64,000 nt of DNA, from contig JAFWDK010000010.1 in NCBI GenBank assembly GCA_017513085.1, positions 64,001-128,000 on the forward strand, written 5' to 3'. The DNA is from Clostridiales bacterium. GTDB lineage: Bacteria; Bacillota; Clostridia; Saccharofermentanales; Saccharofermentanaceae. Below are positions 38,421-46,983 of the stretch, one piece after another. A program made the position numbers and the translations under genes. Within the stretch, counting starts at the first letter, position 1. Each line of letters begins with the position of its first letter. Under the pieces are notes generated by a model, which had not been told where the DNA came from, did not search any database, and saw only the letters and a list, made by a program, of their open reading frames with translations.

Positions 38421-38433
38421 GGATAGTTGCCGG

Positions 38434-39513
38434 ATGAGACAGTTTGATTATTCTAAATTGGCTGATAGAACTTGGGATAATGAAATAGTATCTTATATTT
38501 CAAAGATTCACGAGTACAAAGGAAAACAGGAATTGTTCCTTCGTCAGAAGCCGGTTGAACTTACACGTCTTATCGAGGTGGCTAAAGCTCAAAGTACTGA
38601 GGCTTCAAACCGTATCGAAGGAATAGTAACCACCAGCTCAAGACTAAAACAGTTAATGAACGATAAAACGACACCTAAGAATAGAGATGAGGAAGAAATC
38701 CTTGGGTATCGAAACGTACTTAATCTGGTGCATGATAATTACGATGCAATCCCTGTAAGACGAAATTATATCCTTCAGATGCATAAGGAATTACTAAAGT
38801 ATACGAATTTCTCTTACGGCGGTCAGTTTAAGACAACTCCCAATGAAATCGATATGGTTACGGAGGCCGGTGAGAAGATCGTGCTATTCAGACCTTTAGC
38901 ACCATATGAGACTCCCGATGCTATTGATCAAATTTGTGAGCAGTATCAGAAAGAGTTGGATAGAGGTGTGGTTGATGAGTTAATACTAATTCCATGCTTC
39001 CTTCTCGATTTCCTGTGTATTCACCCATTTAATGATGGAAACGGAAGAATGAGTCGACTAATTACTCTGCTTCTTCTAAATAGATGTGGATACCTGGTTG
39101 GACAATACATAAGTATCGAGAAAGCAATTGCTGATACTAAGGAAGCCTATTATGATTCGTTGCAGAGAGCTGATCAAAATTGGCATGAAGGACAAAACGA
39201 TCCCAAACCGTTTATCAAATACATGCTGGGTGTAATCCTCGCATGCTATCGCGAGTTTGAGCGAAGAGTCACTATTGCTCACCCTGAAGGAACTAGAAGT
39301 ACTTCGTACGACATAGTTAAGGCTTGTGTTACAGAACGAATCGGAAAGTTTACTAAATTGGAAGTGCTGACATTATGTCCGAGTTTGGGGAGCTCTTCCG
39401 TAGAATCTGCCTTGAAAAAACTGGTTGATGAAGGATATCTTGTTCGTATTGGATCTGGGCGAAAGACGCAATATGTAAAAGCTGATGCTATCAAACATAA
39501 GCGGAAGCTGTAA
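38434..39513 (+). CDS. Fic-family protein with probable C-terminal winged helix
   Basis: Canonical Fic motif HPFNDGNGRMSR, N-terminal SNRIEG inhibitory-type motif, C-terminal VESALKKLVDEGYLVRIGSGRKTQY. Confidence 0.92.
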   Translation: MRQFDYSKLADRTWDNEIVSYISKIHEYKGKQELFLRQKPVELTRLIEVAKAQSTEASNRIEGIVTTSSRLKQLMNDKTTPKNRDEEEILGYRNVLNLVHDNYDAIPVRRNYILQMHKELLKYTNFSYGGQFKTTPNEIDMVTEAGEKIVLFRPLAPYETPDAIDQICEQYQKELDRGVVDELILIPCFLLDFLCIHPFNDGNGRMSRLITLLLLNRCGYLVGQYISIEKAIADTKEAYYDSLQRADQNWHEGQNDPKPFIKYMLGVILACYREFERRVTIAHPEGTRSTSYDIVKACVTERIGKFTKLEVLTLCPSLGSSSVESALKKLVDEGYLVRIGSGRKTQYVKADAIKHKRKL

Positions 39514-39548
39514 GGCGCGTTCGATGGAATATGAGGGTATCCTGTGAC

Positions 39549-39562
39549 ACAAATTCAAGTTT
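39549..39562 (+). repeat. 14-bp intergenic direct repeat ACAAATTCAAGTTT, copy 2
   Basis: Exact copy of 37715-37728, again just after a stop codon (TGA 39545-39547). Confidence 0.75.
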
Positions 39563-39592
39563 ATAGGGTTGATGCCATAGTCGAGAAGAAAA

Positions 39593-39697
39593 GATACCGC
39601 AGACCACAGTGGATCCGAGTTCTTTGAAATGAACTGCAAAGAAACGTCGCGGATAGCAAAGGATTTTACGGTGGAGGTTATCAGAAGCGAGCAATAA
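39593..39697 (+). pseudogene. C-terminal remnant resembling MTA/SAH nucleosidase
   Basis: Frame DTADHSGSEFFEMNCKETSRIAKDFTVEVIRSEQ* resembles the D-x-A-D...F-E terminal helix of MtnN-family proteins; no start codon. Confidence 0.55.
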
Positions 39698-39710
39698 AAG
39701 GAGTTGGCAA

Positions 39711-40310
39711 ATGAGCCAGATTGTTGAAAAAATGCGGCAGGAGATAATCGATCGAAGTGCCCGATTTGAAGAACTGACAAAAGGTACGAAGGATGAGTAC
39801 AACATATATCGGGAGCATATCCAGTATGTTTATAAGTATGTTGTAATGCTCTCAAAGGACAAGAATGTCGATGGGGAAGTGTTGGAATTAGCTGCCCTTT
39901 TACATGATATTTCCATGACCGATATGTCACTGGACCGAAGCCGGCACAATGAATACGGTGCGGGAATTGCGGAACAGTTGTTACGGGAGAGTAATTACCC
40001 GGAAGACAAAACGCAGCTTGTCAAAAGATGTATTCTGAATCACAGTAAAGGAAGACAGCAATACCGGAGCACGGAGGAAGAGCAGATCCTTGTCGATGCT
40101 GACGGATTATCTCATTTTGATGTTGTTAAGACGCTTTATTCCTTGCCAAGTAAAGTCATGGGATTAAACGAAGAGGACTCGGTGCGGTTTGTGCAGGATA
40201 AACTGACCGGAGACTATAATGAATTAAGTGATGATCTCAAATACTTGGTAAAAGAAAAATATGACAGAATAATGGCCTCCAAATGCGAAGATGATATAAA
40301 AGCACTGTGA
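39711..40310 (+). CDS. HD-domain metal-dependent phosphohydrolase
   Basis: EHIQ...AALLHDI...RH...NHS...DADGL; AAGGAG RBS. Confidence 0.88.
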   Translation: MSQIVEKMRQEIIDRSARFEELTKGTKDEYNIYREHIQYVYKYVVMLSKDKNVDGEVLELAALLHDISMTDMSLDRSRHNEYGAGIAEQLLRESNYPEDKTQLVKRCILNHSKGRQQYRSTEEEQILVDADGLSHFDVVKTLYSLPSKVMGLNEEDSVRFVQDKLTGDYNELSDDLKYLVKEKYDRIMASKCEDDIKAL

Positions 40311-40415
40311 TATTCGGTGTGAAGGAAAGTTATCTCTTGAATTTATCGTTCCAAACATTAGTTGACTATCTGGTGTAAGTGTGCGAAAATGCCTGAAAAC
40401 AACGAGGTGTTTAGT

Positions 40416-40877
40416 GTGATTAAGGTGCTTTTTATCTGCCACGGCAATATATGTCGTTCGACAATGGCTCAGTCTATGTTCCAGAATATGGTGAACAAGT
40501 TGGGGCTTTCAGATAGATTTTTTATTGATTCGGCTGCGACGAGCAGGGAGGAGATAGGGAATACGCCTCACTATGGAACGGTCAGTAAGCTTCGTTCTGT
40601 CGGGATTCCTCTAGTACCACATCGTGCACGCCAGATGACTCAAAATGACTATGAGAACTTTGATTATCTTATCGGGATGGATTCCTATAACGTCTCTAAT
40701 ATGACGCGTATTGCCGGAGGTGATCCAAATCATAAGATATTTCAAATGCTTGAGTTTGCTGGATCACGCAGAAGCATTGCCGATCCATGGTACACAGATA
40801 ATTTCGATGAAACTTACGATGACTTGAAAGAAGGGTTGGAAAGTTTTATGGAATATCTTATTTCCGAAGGCATCTAA
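40416..40877 (+). CDS. Low-molecular-weight protein-tyrosine phosphatase
   Basis: CHGNICRS and IADPWY motifs; GTG start after GAGGTG. Confidence 0.93.
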   Translation: MIKVLFICHGNICRSTMAQSMFQNMVNKLGLSDRFFIDSAATSREEIGNTPHYGTVSKLRSVGIPLVPHRARQMTQNDYENFDYLIGMDSYNVSNMTRIAGGDPNHKIFQMLEFAGSRRSIADPWYTDNFDETYDDLKEGLESFMEYLISEGI

Positions 40878-41039
40878 GATTGTGTGGTTACGATAGCCGT
40901 ATCTTTTTGCATGTTGTGAAGATTTCATAAATTATCTGGAACTTGCGGTATTTGTTTGATGAAAAAATAGAGTCCGGAATGCGTACTTTTTCTGTTTTTT
41001 TTCTTATAATGCTCTTAGACAGCAATCAGGGGATGACAT

Positions 41040-42401
41040 ATGGGAAATAAGAATGTTACGGATATGACGGTTGGAAATCCGACCAGACATATTTTGAAGT
41101 TTACTTTGCCGCTTCTGATCGGCAATCTTTTTCAGCAACTTTATAATATGGTCGACTCTATTGTAGTAGGTCGTTATGTCAGTCCGCACGCATTGGCGGC
41201 AGTTGGCGCATGCGGTTCTCTGAATTTCCTTTTCTTTTCTTTGAGTTCCGGTCTTGCTGTCGGTATTGGCGTAATCGCTTCACAATATTTCGGTGCAAAC
41301 GATGAGAAGCAACTTAAGAAGACAATAGCTAACTCGATCTATGTTCTTGCTTCATCAGCACTCGTCGTCACGCTGATCGGTTTCTTCTTAGCAGGACCGA
41401 TCCTTAGGCTTTTACAGACTCCGGATGCATACATAGCTGATTCAATCGACTATTTTCGGGTGACCTGCCTTGGAATAGTCGGCGTTGCATTTTATAACGG
41501 CGTAGCCGCTTTGCTCCGGGCAGTCGGCGACTCTAAAACACCATTGTATTTCTTGATCTTAAGTAGTGTTATAAACGTGAGCCTTGACCTAGTCTTTGTA
41601 CTTTGTTTCGGCCTTGGTGTAGTCGGGGTAGCGTTAGCAACTATCATTGCTCAAGCTGTGTCGGCAATCGTTTCCATTATTTTTGCATATAACAAAATCA
41701 CATATTTTAAGCTTGGTAAGAAGGACTTGCACCCGGACTTTTCAATGATCCGTGACTCTTTCAGGCTTGGCGCGCCGGTGGCTATTCAGAATTCTATGAT
41801 AGCTGTTTCTTGTATTTCTCTTCAGGCAGTTGTCAATGGCTTTGGTCCTGATGTGGCATCTGCTTATACTATATGTGGTCGTATTGAACAGTTGGTTCAA
41901 CAGCCATATGGCTCGCTTGGCATGGCGCTTACTTCCTATTCAGGTCAGAATATCGGGGCGAAGAAACAGGAACGTGTGGTGGAAGGCTTCCGCAAATCTA
42001 CTTTGATCGTTCTTGCTTTCAGCCTGATCATGCTTCCGCTGTTTTTCTTTGGAGGAAAGTTTATTTGCGGAATTTTTATTAAGGAAGAAGAGGCGGCGGA
42101 GGTCATCCTGTCCCTTGGCGCACGAGCACTGAAGATCACGAGTCCTTTTTACTTCGCATTAGGAATGATCTACGTTCCCAGAGCAGTTCTGAATGGTTGT
42201 GGCGATACAGGATTTGCTATGATCAATGGTCTTACGGAAGTGGTCTGCCGAATTCTTTTCTCCAATATCCTGACAAGGATTCCTATCCTGGGTTATTGGG
42301 GCATATGGGTCACGACAGGTCTTACATGGGGCTTTACGGCAATCGTATGCGTGTGGAGATATAAAGGCGGGAAGTGGAAGTATAAAGCGCTTGAACGCTA
42401 G
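41040..42401 (+). CDS. MATE-family efflux transporter
   Basis: GNLFQQLYNMVDSIVVG, GDSKTPL, GVALATIIAQ. Confidence 0.93.
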   Translation: MGNKNVTDMTVGNPTRHILKFTLPLLIGNLFQQLYNMVDSIVVGRYVSPHALAAVGACGSLNFLFFSLSSGLAVGIGVIASQYFGANDEKQLKKTIANSIYVLASSALVVTLIGFFLAGPILRLLQTPDAYIADSIDYFRVTCLGIVGVAFYNGVAALLRAVGDSKTPLYFLILSSVINVSLDLVFVLCFGLGVVGVALATIIAQAVSAIVSIIFAYNKITYFKLGKKDLHPDFSMIRDSFRLGAPVAIQNSMIAVSCISLQAVVNGFGPDVASAYTICGRIEQLVQQPYGSLGMALTSYSGQNIGAKKQERVVEGFRKSTLIVLAFSLIMLPLFFFGGKFICGIFIKEEEAAEVILSLGARALKITSPFYFALGMIYVPRAVLNGCGDTGFAMINGLTEVVCRILFSNILTRIPILGYWGIWVTTGLTWGFTAIVCVWRYKGGKWKYKALER

Positions 42402-42488
42402 ATAAGCGTATTGAGTCATTTGTTGACATCATTATCCTTTGACTTTTTATGGTATAATAGATAAATCTATCTTTGAAAGTAGGAGGAA

Positions 42489-43829
42489 ATGAGCATGGAT
42501 GTTGATAAGATTTCGAAATACTCTTCTTGCCAGCGGCCGCTCCTTGTAAAGAACGACACGATCGAAGATGCGCTTTTTGAGAAATATGGCGTAAATCGCG
42601 GATTGCGCGACATCAATGGAAAAGGTGTACTAACCGGACTTACCAGAATTTCGAAGATCGTTTCCTTTACATCCGGACCGGATGGCAAGCAGGTGCCGTG
42701 TCCGGGAGAGCTTTGGTATCGTGGATACAATATCAAAACTCTGATTAAAGAATTGGGTGAGCGCGAATATGGATTTGAGAGGACGGCTTACCTGCTTTTG
42801 TTTGGTGAAAAACCGACGGAAAGCCAATTGCTTGAGTTTCAGGACGTGTTAGATGAATGTCGTTGCCTTCCGACAAACTTTACCCGTGATGTTATCATGA
42901 AAGCGCCAAGTCACGACATTATGAATTCGATTACGAGAAGTGTGCTGACGCTTGCTTCCTATGATGACGAATCTACTACTTCATCCGTAGAGAACAGTTT
43001 GAGACAGTGTATTCAGCTTATTGCGCAGTATCCGATGCTTGCTGTTTACAGTTATCATGCATATAACCATTACGATAATGATGAGAGTATGTATATCCAT
43101 CGCCCGAGAAGAGGAAAATCTACTGCAGAAAACTTCCTTCTCATGCTTCGCCCTGATCAGAAGTATACCGATCTTGAGGCTAAGGTTCTTGATGTGGCTT
43201 TGATGCTTCATATGGAACATGGCGGCGGTAACAATTCCACGTTTACGACTCGTGTAGTTACGTCGTCAGGTTCAGACACTTATTCGGCCATGGCGGCGGC
43301 CATGTCTTCGCTCAAAGGACCGAAGCACGGCGGTGCGAATATTAAGGTTGTTCAGATGATGGACGATATTCGTGAACATATATCGGATTGGGAAGACCGG
43401 GCAGCTATTAAAGAGTATCTCATGAAAATCTTAAGCAAGCAGGCATTTGATAAGAGCGGTCTGATCTATGGTATGGGACACGCCGTCTATTCGATGAGTG
43501 ATCCGAGAGAAGAAGTGCTGAACTCTTATGTCGAGGCTTTAGCGAAAGAAAAGGATATGGAAAGAGATTATATCCTTTATAAGAATGTAGAAGAGCTGGC
43601 GCCGGAAGCTATTGCCGAAACGAGAAAGATATTTAAGGGTGTAAGTCCTAATGTAGACTTTTACAGTGGTCTGGTCTATAAGATCCTTGGTATTCCGGAG
43701 GAACTTTATACACCGTTGTTTGCGACGGCTCGTATTGTCGGATGGAGTGCACATCGTATAGAGGAACTTATCGGAATGAATAAGATCATTCGTCCTGCAT
43801 ACAAAAGTGTCATGACAGAAATTGAATAA
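42489..43829 (+). CDS. gltA: Citrate synthase (citrate/2-methylcitrate synthase family)
   Basis: HMEHGGGNNST, GPKHGGAN, GMGHAVY..SDPR, NVDFYSG, ARIVGWSAH. Confidence 0.93.
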   Translation: MSMDVDKISKYSSCQRPLLVKNDTIEDALFEKYGVNRGLRDINGKGVLTGLTRISKIVSFTSGPDGKQVPCPGELWYRGYNIKTLIKELGEREYGFERTAYLLLFGEKPTESQLLEFQDVLDECRCLPTNFTRDVIMKAPSHDIMNSITRSVLTLASYDDESTTSSVENSLRQCIQLIAQYPMLAVYSYHAYNHYDNDESMYIHRPRRGKSTAENFLLMLRPDQKYTDLEAKVLDVALMLHMEHGGGNNSTFTTRVVTSSGSDTYSAMAAAMSSLKGPKHGGANIKVVQMMDDIREHISDWEDRAAIKEYLMKILSKQAFDKSGLIYGMGHAVYSMSDPREEVLNSYVEALAKEKDMERDYILYKNVEELAPEAIAETRKIFKGVSPNVDFYSGLVYKILGIPEELYTPLFATARIVGWSAHRIEELIGMNKIIRPAYKSVMTEIE

Positions 43830-43860
43830 AATACCGAAAAAGTTCAGTATTATCACCAAA

Positions 43861-43903
43861 AAAGGTCGGTTGAATTGAAATCAGCCGGCCTTTCTGATAT
43901 TAT
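43861..43903 (+). promoter_or_regulatory. Palindrome-embedded sigma-A promoter (may also terminate gltA)
   Basis: Arms aaaggtcggttga / tcagccggccttt around loop aTTGAAA; TTGAAA-17bp-TATTAT with extended TG. Confidence 0.7.
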
Positions 43904-43968
43904 TTGTGCATAGTTTTTTCTGTTTTATGGGTTTGTAAGTTTTTTTTATACTTCGGGGGGATGATCCT

Positions 43969-45645
43969 ATGTCAGGAAGACGTTGGTTTGCTCTGTTGAG
44001 CACTTTTGTCGTGTTTTCATTTTTCGTGCAGTTTGCACGGCTTCCGTTACTGCAGATAAAAACAGTTTCTGCTGATACTGCAGATTATGTACAGGTTCTG
44101 GATGTTGCAGGAACGTCTGTTACCATTGAAAACCAGAAATTCAATAATAGTGATTTCGTTTTTGAACTGAAACTTCAAGGTTGTAAAGATTTCAATGAAG
44201 CGAATATAACCGTTAAGTTTAATGAGGAAAACTGCATTCCGTCTATAAATGCCGGGCGTCATGGAGTGTTCTATGTTGATCCGTATAAAGTTGAACCGAG
44301 ACATACCAGTGCAAGTTCGGTAAGTGGGAATACGGTTTCTATTACAACTAAGGATAGAGGAGTTCTCGATGGACATGGAAAGATCCGTGTGCGTATGATC
44401 CTTAATACAGAAGCCTATCTTTCCAGTGCAGCTGTCGTTTCGGTTTCTCCGGAGCCGACGCCGTCACCTACCCCGGTACCAACCAATACGCCTACGCCAA
44501 CGCCTACCAATACACCGACGCCTACAAAGGCACCGACCAATACACCGACACCTACAAAGGCACCGACAAATACGCCTACTCCTACGAAGAAACCTACGAA
44601 TACGCCTACGCCAACGAAGAAGCCCACGAATACGCCTACTCCGACTAAGCGTCCGACCAATACACCAACACCTACAAAGGCACCGACAAATACACCTACG
44701 CCTACGAAGAAACCTACGAATACGCCTACGCCAACGAAGAAGCCTACGAATACGCCTACTCCGACTAAGCGTCCGACCAATACACCAACACCTACGAAGG
44801 TGCCGACAAACACGCCGATTCCAACTAAGAAGCCGACAAATACGCCGATTCCGACTGGAAAACCGACGAATATGCCGTTGCCTACCCAAGCTCCGACAAA
44901 TACACCTATACCGACTCAATCTCCAACGAATACTCCAATCCCTACCGCGACCCCGTTGCCGACAGTTGTGGCTCCGGGACCGATCGGTGATCCGACGGCA
45001 ACTCCTGAACCGACTGTAACTCCGGAACCAACTTCGACTCCATCTCCGGTACCGGAAGCGACGCCGACTGAAGCTCCGGAAACATCGGAAGAATCTTCTG
45101 CTGAAGAGACCGACGCTCCGACTGATGAAACGGCAAGCTCTGAAACAGATCCGGTAACAGAGAGTTCAGATGGTGCGGAAGTTGTACTCGGTGTTTCCAA
45201 AGAATCCGGAGATAACAATGATCCTTCCGAACCAGGTGGTGGCAAAGAAACGGAAGTTTTCATTCCTACGGAGCGGCCTGAGCTTTCCACCAATGCTTCA
45301 ACTGCTTATAAGCAGAAGAGCCAGGCGGGCTTCTTCATCTGGTTTGCCATCCTGTTTGTTCTTGTGATTGCAATCTATTTGCGTTATAACCACCTTGCTA
45401 AGAAAGACATGGCTTTTGTGGATATTTGCAAGAACTTTATTCCGATTCCTGGTCGTATGAATAAAGGAGCGTCCACAAATGTTTCCGGTTCGACGATGTC
45501 GTCTGCCGCTAATGGTAATATCGCTCCGTCAAGATCGGTGGCCAGCGTCGGACAAAGCTATCGCCCGATCAAGTCAACGGTTAGAAAAGAACCCGGCGCA
45601 TCGCAGGACCTTTCCGGAAAGGGTCCGGATCTGAACGAGAAGTAA
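43969..45645 (+). CDS. Secreted, C-terminally membrane-anchored Pro/Thr-rich surface protein (paralog 1)
   Basis: Signal peptide, ~115-aa domain, [10 protein letters not shown] repeats, acidic Ser/Thr stalk, TM helix, tail RYxxLxKKxMxFVxICKNFIP. Confidence 0.85.
   Translation: MSGRRWFALLSTFVVFSFFVQFARLPLLQIKTVSADTADYVQVLDVAGTSVTIENQKFNNSDFVFELKLQGCKDFNEANITVKFNEENCIPSINAGRHGVFYVDPYKVEPRHTSASSVSGNTVSITTKDRGVLDGHGKIRVRMILNTEAYLSSAAVVSVSPEPTPSPTPVPTNTPTPTPTNTPTPTKAPTNTPTPTKAPTNTPTPTKKPTNTPTPTKKPTNTPTPTKRPTNTPTPTKAPTNTPTPTKKPTNTPTPTKKPTNTPTPTKRPTNTPTPTKVPTNTPIPTKKPTNTPIPTGKPTNMPLPTQAPTNTPIPTQSPTNTPIPTATPLPTVVAPGPIGDPTATPEPTVTPEPTSTPSPVPEATPTEAPETSEESSAEETDAPTDETASSETDPVTESSDGAEVVLGVSKESGDNNDPSEPGGGKETEVFIPTERPELSTNASTAYKQKSQAGFFIWFAILFVLVIAIYLRYNHLAKKDMAFVDICKNFIPIPGRMNKGASTNVSGSTMSSAANGNIAPSRSVASVGQSYRPIKSTVRKEPGASQDLSGKGPDLNEK
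44453..44965 (+). repeat. Coding tandem repeat (30-bp unit, [10 protein letters not shown]) with a 120-bp higher-order duplication
   Basis: 44581-44700 is nearly identical to 44701-44820. Confidence 0.9.
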
Positions 45646-45699
45646 GAGCGATCCGTGCTTTTTGTCTTTGCCCGGTAAGCATATTTTGAGAAGACTCGG

Positions 45700-45742
45700 A
45701 AGAGCCGGCTGATTTGTCATCGGCCGGCTTTTTTGCTATGAT
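45700..45742 (+). promoter_or_regulatory. Palindrome-embedded sigma-A promoter
   Basis: Arms aagagccggctga / tcggccggctttt around loop tTTGTCA; TTGTCA-17bp-TATGAT with extended TG. Confidence 0.7.
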
Positions 45743-45785
45743 TGTGGCGAGGGGATAAAATATTTGTGAAGTAAGGGGGATGTGT

Positions 45786-46826
45786 ATGCATAAAAGTCGC
45801 TGGATGAGACTTCTGAGTCTGATTCTTGCTTTATTTTTATGTTCGTGCTGTCTTTCAGTAATCAGGTCCCAAACCGTTCGTGCAGTTTCTAATGCAGAAG
45901 GAATCGTCGAAATCGACGGAAAGGGCAAATATAACCAGGCCAAGATCCGCGTGGTCATTCAACAATATGATGAATCTTCGATTTATCGAGGAAGAATCTA
46001 TGATCAAGGGGCCTGGTCGGAAACACCGAACCTTCTTTTCTCGACTACGTTAAAAAACAGTACGTTGACGATAATCGTTCAAAGTGCGGATTATTCTCCG
46101 ATTGAAGTGTCCAGGATCCATATATGGGTCTCGGTGGAGACTGTAGCAAAGCTTCAACTGTTGTCGGATGTTTCTTACGAGAAACTTTCTCCGCCACCGG
46201 GTACGACAAAAGCACCGACCTCGACACCGATGCCGACGCCTTCTCCTACGCCGTCTCCTGATGAGGCTACTCCGACGCCGCTTCCTACCGATACTCCAAC
46301 GCCGACGCCGTTGCCCACCAATACTCCGACGCCGCTTCCTACAAATACTCCGACTCCGACACCAACTCCTACGCCAAGTGCAGACGCCGGGCTTATTGTC
46401 GATGAATCCGGAGATTTGCCCGGAGATCCGTCCGAAGATGACCCGGGTGGGGCTTCAGAGGTTTTGATTCCGACACAAAGACCGGATAGTACTTCCGGAA
46501 AATCAACCTATAAAGCAGAAAGCCAGACGAGTTTCTTTGCCTGGTTCGCGATTATCTTTGTGCTGGCGATAGTGATTTTCGTACGCTATAGTTCACTGTC
46601 CAAAAAAGACATGGGATTTGTAGAGATCTGTAAGAACTTTATACCTTTGCCCGGTGCGGCCAAGAGAAGAGAAGCTGCAGAGAAAGAACGTATGACGGCT
46701 CCGGTTATATCTGAACCCGCACATAAAACAGCCAGCGTGGCGCAGGTATACCGTCCTATCAAGTCAACGGTGAGAAAGACTGATACGCCGAAGGATCCGG
46801 GCACTGGTTCTGCCGATCCGCAGTGA
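45786..46826 (+). CDS. Secreted, membrane-anchored Pro/Thr-rich surface protein (paralog 2)
   Basis: Same architecture and C-terminal motif; shares [10 protein letters not shown] with paralog 1. Confidence 0.85.
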   Translation: MHKSRWMRLLSLILALFLCSCCLSVIRSQTVRAVSNAEGIVEIDGKGKYNQAKIRVVIQQYDESSIYRGRIYDQGAWSETPNLLFSTTLKNSTLTIIVQSADYSPIEVSRIHIWVSVETVAKLQLLSDVSYEKLSPPPGTTKAPTSTPMPTPSPTPSPDEATPTPLPTDTPTPTPLPTNTPTPLPTNTPTPTPTPTPSADAGLIVDESGDLPGDPSEDDPGGASEVLIPTQRPDSTSGKSTYKAESQTSFFAWFAIIFVLAIVIFVRYSSLSKKDMGFVEICKNFIPLPGAAKRREAAEKERMTAPVISEPAHKTASVAQVYRPIKSTVRKTDTPKDPGTGSADPQ

Positions 46827-46891
46827 TTTTTCTTTGGTCACAAAATATATCATGAAAAGTGCTTGAAAATACAACGTTTTGTAACATTGGA

Positions 46892-46934
46892 AATAGCCGG
46901 TTGAATTGAAATCAATAGGCTATTCTGATATGAT
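46892..46934 (+). promoter_or_regulatory. Palindrome-embedded sigma-A promoter
   Basis: Arms aatagccggttga / tcaataggctatt around loop aTTGAAA; TTGAAA-17bp-TATGAT with extended TG. Confidence 0.7.
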
Positions 46935-46983
46935 AAACGATAAGGGTAATTCTAATTTAGTTATGATAATTAGGAGCGTAAGT

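Noticed and set aside
5550-40346. Classical integron, ICE, prophage or transposon
   Set aside because: No tyrosine/serine recombinase, transposase, relaxase or phage gene, and no attC-type RYYYAAC...GTTRRRY hairpins recognised in the spacers.
44453-44965. Regular 30-bp periodicity as a possible CRISPR array
   Set aside because: Contiguous in-frame coding repeats with synonymous variation, no unique spacers and no cas genes.
44415-45019. Val/Gly-rich and Arg-rich ORFs over the repeat
   Set aside because: Alternative frames of the Pro/Thr repeat.
46906-46983. ORF-track N-terminal extension of paralog 3
   Set aside because: The TTG start is the -35 box; ATG 46984 has an RBS and begins the signal peptide.
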